A DNA stretch of 63,164 nucleotides, the filler included, from Octopus bimaculoides (lineage: Eukaryota): assembly GCF_001194135.2 (NCBI RefSeq). It is 5 parts of 5 records of this genome, joined end to end, with 100 filler letters (N's around TTAATTAATTAA, not from the genome) between each part and the next. Parts side by side here need not be neighbours in the genome. Positions count along the whole stretch, not along the records: positions 38,783 to 58,710 come from NC_068994.1; positions 58,811 to 63,164 come from NC_068995.1; 3 more parts are not named here. The stretch is one strand, 5' to 3'. This document shows, piece after piece, positions 52,234 to 63,164 of the stretch (its first letter is position 1; every line of letters begins with the position of its first letter). Under the pieces are notes generated by a model. The model searched no databases. It was not told the DNA's origin and worked only from the letters and a program-made list of their open reading frames with translations. A program made the position numbers and the translations under genes.

Positions 52234-53404
52234 AGTTCTTGTGGAGGGCTCTTCATTAGACCTTGGGCCCAACAATGACACTTCATGCATTGAATACATA
52301 CAATTTTATTAAACTTGAACAATAATTTTCAAGCAATGAACAATTTTCATCAAAACAATGATATAATTTGTCAACTTAGAACTTATTGCAAATCTGCATG
52401 ATAAACAACAGTACTACCAACATCGCCACTATATCTGCCATACACACACCATTCAGACTTCTGACGCCACCACCATCAATACTTTTGACTTCACCGCCTT
52501 TCCCTCCACCACTATCACCACTGTCTTTCACATCGCTTACTCTCACCGTGATTCCTGACTTAATATCACACAATCATTGTTTTCCCCCTGCTAAATGTGT
52601 GGACGAAACTGTCGATACGAAAGAACATATGTGATACCAGTACATCCATCCATTTTTTGCTCCACCTCTATCACAACTATAGCTCATACTATTACTATCA
52701 CCCCATCACCATCACAAAATGGCTAAATGTGTGTGCAAAAGAATTCAGAGTTCAGTATGTTCGTTCAGTATGTTCGTTCAGTATGTTTGTTCAGTATTCA
52801 GTCCCGCTTTCTCTCATATACCCACTCTTTCTCTTATTATTACTTCCACTGCCACCATCGACACTACTACTTTTAATAAAACATCCTCAACTCTCCCTAA
52901 ATTTCTTTGTTTCTCTTTCTCTCCCTCTTTTTCTTTCACTCTCTGTCTGTCTTCGCCAACGCCCTCACGTCGCTATATGTACTATTACTCTCACCCCATC
53001 ATGAGCAATAGTATAAGTGTCATTGGATAGTGAGAGAGGGGGGGGGGGTTAAAGTTTTGTGCACTGACACTTCTTCTTCTTCTTCTTATTATTATTATTA
53101 TTATTATTATCATTATTATACCATACTTTGAAGTGCCAAATTCTTGGATTTCTTTAGCTCTGGATTACCTCCATGGATTATGTCACCCCTTTGGACTATC
53201 TCTCGAAGTATGTCGATTCTTCGCCCTTGGTATAAATACATATATATATCTTTATTTGTTACTTGATTCAGTCATCACACTACAGCCATGCTGGGGCATA
53301 CACTATTTTATATTAGACGAAAAATACTTCACAAACTGTTACTCAGAGTTTCACGAAATCATTCATCAGACAGTTGTGATAATACTAGTAAAAAAAAATT
53401 GTTT

Positions 53405-53560
53405 TTTTATATCCCCATAACTTAGCGGTTCGGTGAAAGTAACCTGATAGAATAAGTGCCAAACTTTAAAAATAAATCCTGATGTCAACCTCTTTGACTA
53501 AACCTTTCAAGGTGATGCCCCAGCTTGGCCGCAATTCACTAATTGAAACAAGTAAAAGAC
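53405..53560 (+). mobile_element. SINE family A tail
   Basis: TAACTTAGCGGTTCGG...GATAGAATAAGT...GGCCGCA...GAAACAAGTAAAAGA. Confidence 0.85.
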
Positions 53561-53614
53561 AGTTCTAGCATGTTACCGGCCATATGACTGGTATTTTTGG
53601 AAAGAGAAGAAATC

Positions 53615-54033
53615 TTTTATCGCTTCTCTTTTATCTGTTTCAGTCATTAGACTACGGCCATGCTGGGGCACCACCTTGAAGCATTTTTAGTCGTTGAATC
53701 GATCTCAGGACTTATTTTTTAAAGCCTGGTCCTTTTTCCATCGTTCGTTTTTGTTTTTGCTGAACTGCTAAATTTCTGGGATATAAACACACTAAAACCG
53801 GTTGTCAAGCGGTGGTGGAGGACAAACACAGATGCAAAGACACACAAACACACGCGCGTACACTCCCACCCTATATATATATACGATGGGCTTCTTTCAG
53901 TTTCCGTCTACCAAATCCACTCACAAGGCTTTAGTCGACCCTAGGCTATAGTAGAAGATACTTGCTCAAGGTGGCCATGCAGTGGGGATTGAAACCGAAA
54001 ACTTCTTTTCGCACAGCCACTCCTGCGCCTATA
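53615..54033 (-). mobile_element. SINE family A, near full length
   Basis: Reverse complement of 46082 with a deletion in the head. Confidence 0.9.
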
Positions 54034-54187
54034 GACATACAATAATTATANNNNNNNNNNGTAGTTTTTCAGAATTTATAAGCCACTCGTTCTACACCTC
54101 TTGCGCTAACTGTCTCTGTGTTTCCATTTTATTATCTGTGCGACTGGAGAATCACCAACTTATCAAACAACATTTATATAAGCTATA

Positions 54188-54218
<31 letters not shown>

Positions 54219-54476
54219 CATAGTTTATATCATATATAATCTTCATAGCTTATCTATATTATATACATAAGTAATATATACGGCATGTATAATATATATA
54301 TACGTACATATGTGTATGATACAAGTATACATTATATATGGATTATATTTATATACTGTGTATCACACATATACGTGTATATATAATATACGTGCTATAT
54401 ATATATACTTATAATATTAAAAATATATAGTTTATAAACAATATATACATATATATATATGTATATATATATATAC

Positions 54477-54544
<68 letters not shown>

Positions 54545-55049
54545 CTCAATTGTGTTTCCTACTACGAGGTAGGTTCGTCGAAGCTCTTGGCAGGGGTAGA
54601 TCCAGTTTTGTTTCTTAGGTCTTAAGAACTCTCGGCTCTTAAGACCTAAACTGTTGCAGTATCTGCTCCTTTATCTTGGTTGCGATGTTGGGATGTTTGA
54701 CACTATGCAGTGGCGCCCCATTCTGCTGTTTGTGCAACTTTGAATGCCAAAGTTTGATAGAAGTCCTTCCACATATATCTATATGATATGTATACAATAC
54801 ATACATATATACATATATATATACATACAATACGTACATATATATAAGGTATATTCAGTTTTTTACTTGTTTCATAAAAGAACTGGGGTGATGTTGAAGC
54901 ATTGTTTCGTGTGATACGTGTAAATACATACATATATACATACATACACACACAAAAGTAAGAAAATGCTTTTAGAACTTTATCATGTATAAAAGAAGGG
55001 AGGAATTTATAATTTTCTCGAAATATGTTTCTGGTTTCTTTCACTTAAA

Positions 55050-57115
55050 AAGCCAATTTCGTCTCTGCAATAATATAATATGGAGGAGTGTTTTAAATTA
55101 TTTAAATGAAAATGCTGATCACGCGAGGCCCCTTTTTACCCACAACGAGAAACAATCAACAAAATCTCTCCGAAACACGCCAACGAAACTTAGAATTCAA
55201 TAAATCGACCAACAGTCCTATACAGCAAACTGACCCCTGTAAATTACAAATATAGGAGATATATTAAGACCGTCAACTAACCTGATTACTATAAACAATT
55301 TTTAAACCATGGGCAGAGCAACTGGGATACTCGACAAGAGAAGCCAAAAATAATAACCAATTTATCAAAGAAAGAAATTCATGACGCAACAAATTAGAAT
55401 ATTCTCTGAAGGACTCAACTTCACAACAATCCGTCAAAGACACAGCTACAATGAAATGAAAGACGGTATTTCTGAATTCTACAGAAAATTAAGTCTCATC
55501 GAAGAACTGAACGACAAATACGACAAATCGAAGATAAGAAATATCTGCAACTACACTTCACCAAAAGGCAGGAACAAAACCCTTAACGATTTCTGTGAAT
55601 CTATTTATCCGCATCAATAAAAACACAAACAAAACCCCCCACATCAAACTTCGGCAGAAGTGAATGGGGCAACATAAATTTCATAAATGATAAAAAATAA
55701 CAATTAAAGAGGCTGATAAAGGAAATGCATTGCCCTGACGAAAGGAGACTATTATAGAATTTGTGTTATCCATCTCAGAAGAACGATGCCTGCTATGAAA
55801 TGGTCCCAAATAGCAGTCAACAAACAAATTAGAAACTTTAAAATATTCATAAACTTATACCGAAAAGGACCAACAAGGAGTATAATCAACATCAGATGTA
55901 AATCTAGCCTCTTGTGTGGCGTACACACAATTCACAAGAGTGAAAAAAAAAGTAAGTTAAGCAGACAAAGAAGCCACTGACATACACATCAATGTCTCCT
56001 CACCAAATTAAAACCGATAATAATTGATCCAACATGGGAAACCTACCGTCTGAATAAGTTTTAGATATCCTGCTCAAACTATTCCTCAAGCACAGAAATT
56101 TCCTAAGAGATGACTTAAATATGCTGGACCATCTCCCCGAAACAGTCAATGAAACTTTATTCAGACATCCCTAACGACTTTGGAATTGAGGCCATAAAGT
56201 TTGGTTGAATAATTATACGTGTGAGCTTCCTCATCCCATAAAAAAGAAGTTATAGTAGAAGAGAATATCTACCTTATGTTCCATGCCTACATTTTTCGAC
56301 AAATATCTGGGACTATGATGGGGACGGAAACAGTCCCTCATTTTTTCAAATCTAGTTATGAGTCATCTGGAGATTACAATGTACAGGAAAAAAATCACTA
56401 CGAAAATATGAGAACTTTTTTTTTTAATGTAAACAAAAGAACTGGAAAAGATACACCGATGACTACTTCCTTCTATAGAATGAAAGCATAGAGAAATACA
56501 AACTTCCGTAGTATAAGAATTGAAGGATACGTTCCATGACAAGAATTACCCACCATCCTTAATCGATAATGGTATAGAATGAGTCAAGAAATTCAGTATC
56601 CAAGACATACAAAACAAAGAATACGTTGGAATTGATAGCCCTACCATATATTTCCGTCTACAATCTCCCAAAACAATGAAGCCTGCAACATCATATCCCA
56701 AAACATACCGACACTGAAAAAGAACCCCACGCTGAACAAAATCCTCTAAACACGTACCATCTTAAAGAGCAAAAGACAACTAATCAACGGAGTAGATACT
56801 AACAAAGGCCAAACTTCAAACAATAGCAACAGAACAAACAGTACAAAAAAAATGCGGAACACCCAACTGTGGAATATGTCTAAATCTGACAGAAAAATCG
56901 GAGATTCTTTTCAAACAAGGATATCTTTTCACAATTAATAAAAAAAAAACCTTAACCTTGCATCTGAAAACCTAATCTATGCAAGTATATGTTCAGGACA
57001 CAAAGAGAATTACATGGGACAAATTGTAGAGTCCGTAAGACAACGCATAAGTTTGCATAAATCATAAATAAAATAAAAGAATACATATAGGACTCAGTGA
57101 ACACTTAGACACATT
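55050..57115 (+). mobile_element. Near full-length decayed PLE (RT plus GIY-YIG; Penelope/Poseidon-like)
   Basis: SEGLNFT...ISEFYRKLSL; IKEADKG; FRQISGTMMGT; KKCGTPNCGIC; NLIYASICSGHKENYMGQ...RQRISLH; GLSEHLDT. Confidence 0.9.
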
Positions 57116-58161
57116 CGTTTAGTGATGCACAACTCAACAACAACAACGCATCAACAAAGAAACAACTTTCATAACCAAATACCGAGATAACTGTGATAGA
57201 TAAAGGATGACAAGTTCTACCACCACAACAGCAACCTTTGCTGAAACCGCCACTGCTGTAACTAGTTAGACTGACAACCACTACCATGACTACAATAGCC
57301 ACTACTTGAACTGGTCTTATTACAACAACAACAACTACTACTACTACTACTACTACTACTACTGTCTGCAATCAGAAGAAAATGAAATTCCTGTACCATA
57401 TGATTTTCGTAAGAAAAACATGTGCACCACCAGAACTGATATCATGACAGATTAATTTCCATTTATTTTTTCAGCTTAATTTCCCTTTTTTTTTAAATTT
57501 CAGTGTGATTGAATTGACTTTTAAAGCGAAAGAAACTGGTGGTATATTTTGATAAAAGTGCAAATTCTTTCATTTATCGACAAGAAACTTCTCAAAACAT
57601 GACCGAGTACGATCCCTTTTGCGCACCGTTTCGTGAGATTTTCATTATGGATCCATGTTGTTCGATAGTTGTTATGCATTTGGTTAATATTATGAATTTT
57701 ATATTTGAGTTTGTAATCTTATTGAGTGTACTCTTTAATGTATTTGCGGCTATGTATTTGTGTCCGTACTCTCTTATAGCTCAGTCTACTTGCCTTATTG
57801 GGATATCCGTATTTAATTTTATTCAATGGGTTTCTTTCTCTGATACTAAATTCGTGGACGAGATTACAATACTCTTCTAAAGAGTAATTATACGACTGTC
57901 ATCTCTGTAATGTCCTGTGAGTATTTACTCTCTCCGTTGTTTCAATCTTTGCTCTTTACCGACGCAAAGTATCTGTTTTTTGTTTTCAATCTGTATCTTT
58001 TACATCTAAAAACTGGGTCTCATTTGTTTTATTCTGACTTTTCTTATCCTTCTTTTGCTTTCTCTACGTCCCTCAATGCATCCATTACTGCTATCATTTG
58101 CATATTTGATGTATAGTATGTGTTTATATTTTACTATTATTTTATTTTCTGTTGCTGTCAG

Positions 58162-58184
58162 ACAGAAAGCTGCAAACGCAGATC
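58162..58184 (+). other. Candidate 23-nt micro-exon
   Basis: TTTATTTTCTGTTGCTGTCAG|ACAGAAAGCTGCAAACGCAGATC|GTAAGT. Confidence 0.2.
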
Positions 58185-58649
58185 GTAAGTGGGCACCCAT
58201 ACATATTACATTTGGTTGTTTGGGACGATGTCGAAACAGCACTCTAAACATTTTTCTCGACTAGACAGCATGTTTTATGCCTGAGGAATTAGAAAACTAG
58301 TTTCGAGGTGGGAAAATGCCATTGCTAACAAAGTTGGTGATTATGTTTTGAATGAATAAATATTTTTCTGAGGTGTTTTATGATGATTTGAACTCATCAC
58401 AGGAAATGCCACATTACATTTCAGTAACCCTAAGACATACATACGTACGTACATACATATATACATGCACATGCATCCATACATACATACATACACGCAT
58501 ACATACATATATACACACATGCATACACACACACATACATACATACATACATACATACATACACACACATACATATTTTTATATATACATTTATATATGT
58601 GTGTGCGTATACTCACATTTCACATATATACTTATGTGTATATAAACAC

Positions 58650-58710
<61 letters not shown>

Positions 58711-58810
58711 NNNNNNNNNNNNNNNNNNNNNNNNNNNNNNNNNNNNNNNNNNNNTTAATTAATTAANNNNNNNNNNNNNNNNNNNNNNNNNNNNNNNNNN
58801 NNNNNNNNNN
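58711..58810. other. Artificial 100-nt scaffold join
   Basis: 44 N + TTAATTAATTAA + 44 N. Confidence 0.95.
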
Positions 58811-59019
58811 ATATATATATATATATACATATGGATATGTACACACACATACACACACATACGCATATACGTGGTGAGAGCAAAAGTAGGTATGCAGTTG
58901 CTTAGTATGAGTGGAATGTTCTTGTTATTTCTCCATTTCTTTTTTAAGATAAGAATTCTATGCTTCTATATTCTTTATAACTAAGTTTTCCTATAGTAAA
59001 ATGATTATTCCTACATTCA

Positions 59020-59169
59020 GGTATGTATTATATGGCTGCAAAATTTAACCAACAATGAAGGAAAGTGGTTCATCAAGCAGTACTGGAAAACAGAGAATGC
59101 AGAAATGATTAGACAGAAATAATGGACTGAAGAATTTCAAAGACCAGCTCCGTCAAGATTTGTAGTTTA
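59020..59169 (+). mobile_element. Transposase N-terminal HTH fragment (DUF4817-like, Tc1/mariner superfamily)
   Basis: GKWFIKQYWKTENAEMIRQK*WTEEFQRPAPSRFVVY. Confidence 0.7.
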
Positions 59170-59327
59170 TGGTTGTTTGGAGCTCAACAACAGCAGATCA
59201 TCAAAGAACACCTTATTGTATTAAGTTACCGATAATCAAATAGTTATCTTTAACTTAATACCATAAGGTGGTCCCTGAAGATTTGTTGAACATTTGGAAC
59301 ACTTATTTTAAGGGCTCCAAACAACCA
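59170..59327. mobile_element. 158-bp MITE with 14-bp TIRs and TA duplication
   Basis: TA|TGGTTGTTTGGAGC...GCTCCAAACAACCA|TA. Confidence 0.7.
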
Positions 59328-59678
59328 TAATTGAGGAACGCCCGTAGGAACTGTTATATAAACATGCGTTTATCCATATTTCCCCTACATTTGCTCTGTA
59401 GTTCATAACTGGTAATGCTGCTCGGTTTAGATGTTACTTTACAGAAAGTAGCAGCATTATAAATCTAAATGGAGTTCGCTTCCTCTCTCTCCTTTCCCCC
59501 TCTCCCTCTGTCTGTCTGTCTTTCTCCCTCTCTCTCTCTCTCTGTCTCTCTCTCTCTGTCTCTCTGTCTCTCNNNNNNNNNNNNNNNNNNNNNNNNNNNN
59601 NNNNNNNNNNNNNNNNNNNNNNNNNNNNNNNNNNNNNNNNNNNNNNNNNNNNNNNNNNNNNNNNNNNNNNNNGTGTGT

Positions 59679-59722
<44 letters not shown>

Positions 59723-59829
59723 TGGGTTCGAATCTCACAAGCAGCTTTCGACTTTTTCTATCCACAAGGATGGTTTCAACCAATATTTACATGCTATTAT
59801 AGAAATGTTACTTGCTTTTATAGAGGGTT

Positions 59830-60630
59830 AGTAGAATTCAAGTGTGACGACGCCCTTGGAGAAACCCTGGGTTTCGATGACGATCAACTTGCCAGCCTGT
59901 ACCGGATGACATTCGGGCCAGGGCCTATGGATAATTTCCAGAAGTCCTTGGCATGGCAATATTACCGAAGAGCCTGACCTGCTCGGGATAAACTCTACAG
60001 GCATGGTTCTTCATCTTCGCCAACATGCTCAAGATGCGGGTAGAACAGTGAGACTGTTCTACACGCAACTGTGCAGTGTCTGATGATTTCAGAACTATGG
60101 GTTTATGTCGAGCAACTGCTGTCACGACTGGAAAGAGTAGAACTGTTATCCGAGTCAATAATTAAGATTGTTCCACCGACTTCTCTGAAGAGGAAAGAGC
60201 AGGCTTGTTTCCTCTGTGCAGTGGCTATCGCAAAGGAAGTAGTATGGAAGACGCGAGTGAAAGGGATTGTAACGGACATCTTAGGTTGGTTAACTTTTTC
60301 CTTTTCCATCCGAAAACGAAAATAAGGCTAGAGAGTAGATGCTTGTCACAAAGTGCATTCGAGAAAGATGGAAGATTGTTACGAGCATGTTGAGAGTGAA
60401 TGAACCTACTTGAGTGAGAACAAAAAGGAAAAACTCAAGTTTCAGTGTTGGTACGTGGTTTGTGGGGTTGGCCGCGTCCCTCACTCCATTCTATTTTAAT
60501 CCACTGGATTTTCAAATTTTTCATTTATTTCCAACAATATGTCTCACTTCACGTTGTTAATTATTCGTTACCAAAACCCTTGTCTATCATTGTAACGTCC
60601 CCTCTTTGTGTAGACCAGCATGGTTAAATA
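59830..60630 (+). mobile_element. 3' part of an L1/Tx1-clade LINE (zf-RVT-like region plus 3' UTR)
   Basis: LAWQYYRRA*PARDKLYRHGSSSSPTCSRCG*NSETVLHATVQC...LWVYVEQLL...IAKEVVWKTR; ends near AATAAA. Confidence 0.9.
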
Positions 60631-60806
60631 AAAATTAGATTTTATTTTACTAATTCGTTCTTATTATTTGTATTATTTGTACTACTTATTGATTTTTTAT
60701 CGACTATTCCTATACCACATACCACACACCATCCACCACCCACCAACTACCACCCACCACCCACCACCCACCACACACCACGTACCACCACCCCTCTCCT
60801 TCTCAC

Positions 60807-61345
60807 GCATGCATGCACACATACGAACGCACACATAACTTCACACACACAACCCTCTACACGCAGACATACACAACGCACACACATACATGCACACACA
60901 TATACATGCACATACATATACACGCACACACGCAAGCACACACACACATGAACGCACATATACCTCCACGCGCACAACACACACACAACACGCACATACA
61001 TGCACACACATACACACACATACATGCACACATGTACATACACGCACACACACACACACACGCACAAGCACGAACGCACATATACCTCCACACACGCAAC
61101 ACACATACATGCACACACATACATACACATATATGCATATACATACGCACACACAAATATGCACGCACGCACATATACATACACGCACGTACATACACGC
61201 ACACACATACATACACGCACGCACACACACACACGCACGCACACATGAACGCACATATACTTCCACACACACATGCATACACACACATAATACAATCACA
61301 CACACACATACGAACACAAAAACAGGAACGCACATATGCCTCCAC
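60807..61345. repeat. CA-rich minisatellite with a recurring marker
   Basis: GAACGCACATATACCTCCAC variants at 60825, 60950, 61072, 61247 and 61326. Confidence 0.88.
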
Positions 61346-61704
61346 ACATATAAGAAATTATTAAAAAACTAAAAGGAGCCAACAATTTGCTTCGACTTAT
61401 ATACATTATTTGATTTACGAACAATCCATATCCATGGATCTCTTCAGGGTTTTGGTTCCAGAGACAGGCAAAATTCCATGTAAAACGACTGCCAGGTTGC
61501 AAAATACTGATTAGAAATACCTATATTTAGGAGTATGAGCGTTAACTATTCAAATACATAACAAGTACCATAAAAGAACAAAATCATAGGACAAAATAAT
61601 TAAGTAAAGAGAATCTCCAACTTACAAAATGTTTCTATGTATCTCCAATATCAATTCAAATGCATTCAAGTCGGAAATAATCGCTGGCTATTTTAGTAAT
61701 ATAT

Positions 61705-61767
<63 letters not shown>

Positions 61768-62223
61768 AATAATAATATATAAATAAATGAAGTATCAAGA
61801 GTCCTACGTAGTTTAAGAGACGGTAATAAATCGTTAATCAATATTTATGCTATAAATATGCCTGTGTATGTTCGAAAAGACATTTCTAGTATATCAACTT
61901 ATTATCCATTTATATGCAACATTTTTCAAATATTTATAATTACTCAAAGAAATCATATATAAATTACATATAATCATGATATAGTATTATATTAATATAA
62001 TGATAAAATATAACATTTCTCATTTATTTATAGTTACTGATATAAATATTATTCAAATTAACTAACAAATAATGTTCTTTATTTCCGTATTGTATCGAAG
62101 GGAGAAGCTAGTAAATAAAATAAACAGAAACTTAACTCTACGATAATTATAACCTATACTGTTTCTTAGATAAAGAAATAATAAACCAGAAATATAAATA
62201 ATAAATATGAAAATTTTACTAAG

Positions 62224-62630
62224 GGCGTAGGAGTGGCTGCGTGGTAAGTAGCTTACTCATCAACCACATGGTTCCGGGTTCAGTCCCACTGCGTGGCACT
62301 TTGGGCAAGTGTCTTCTACTATAGCCTCGGACCGACCAAGGCCTTGTGAGTGGATTTGGTAGACGGAAACTGAAAGAAGCCCGTCGTATATATGTATATA
62401 TATATATATATGTATGTGTGTATGTGTTTGTGTGTCTGTGTTTGTCCTCCCAACATCGCTTGACAACTGATGCTGGTGTGCTTACGTCCCGGTAACTTAG
62501 CGGTTCGGCAAAAGAGACCGATAGAATAAGTACTAGGCTTACAAAGAATAAGTCCTGGGGTCGATTTGCTCGACTAAAGGCAGTGCTTCCAGCATGGCCA
62601 CAGTCAAATGACTGAAACAAGTAAAAGAGT
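62224..62630 (+). mobile_element. SINE family A, full length
   Basis: Near-identical to 46082-46504. Confidence 0.95.
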
Positions 62631-62828
62631 AAGTCTTTCAGAAGTAACTAAATTAGAAGTTACTGGAATGAAGGTTATTCAAAGTAACTAGCAAATAATG
62701 GTCCTTATGTACGTAAATTCCCGGAGGGAGAATTCCGTAAATGTAAATAAACAAAAGTATAAACGTAAAATATAGATCTACGATAATTATAACCTATATC
62801 ACTTCTGAGATAAAGAGATCATAAACTA

Positions 62829-63164
62829 TCTATATATATAAAAATGAGAATGTGTGTCTGTCTGTCTGTGTGTGTGTTTCCCTAAAACTCGAGAACTACA
62901 CAACCAATTTCATTCAAATTTTACACATGTCTTACTTAGGGTTCCGGTTGTGTTTTAGTAAAAAAATTTTTTTAACTTCTTGCATAGTTCGAGCCCACGG
63001 CAACATAATATCTCCTCCACTATTTAAGTATTACGTGTCAAAAGTGAAACAAAAACACTCATGTCAAATACTTTCACTTTAAAAATGAAACTATTCCACT
63101 AACTGAAACAATCACATTTCGATACTGTAATGACAGATACTTTCACTTTAATGGTGTGTGTGTG
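62829..63164 (+). mobile_element. 5' part of a non-autonomous Helitron-like element
   Basis: A|TCTATATATATAAAA start followed by a (GTCT)/(GT) microsatellite; 3' end outside the window. Confidence 0.6.

Noticed and set aside
60807-61345. CRISPR-like repeat/spacer look
   Set aside because: Spacing is irregular, the spacers are microsatellite, no cas genes, eukaryotic context.

Overview
AT-rich, microsatellite-saturated eukaryotic DNA with many assembly gaps. The SINE families and repeat landscape suggest a cephalopod, probably an octopus (inference from recognition, not a search). No complete host protein-coding gene can be supported: almost all ORF-track entries are microsatellite or N-gap artefacts, and only a few weak micro-exon candidates remain. 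The window is mostly transposable-element debris: about five tRNA-derived SINE families (working labels A, B, C, D, F), R4/Dong-type RLE LINE fragments that all sit in (TAA)n tracts, Penelope-like elements (PLEs, Penelope/Poseidon- and Naiad-like), L1/Tx1- and R2-like remnants, mariner/hAT/Helitron pieces and MITEs. The most interesting signal is a set of minimal type-I hammerhead ribozyme motifs in several unrelated repeat families, with shared architecture: stem I, 7-nt core, one extra purine, stem II, GAA, palindromic helix III, H17, stem I'. One intact copy (39980-40025) lies at the 3' end of an element with a tRNA-like Pol III head. Another (46927-46977) has a G3:C8-swapped core, and an adjacent inverted copy begins exactly at its predicted cleavage site. 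All folds were done by eye; none is experimentally or computationally validated.
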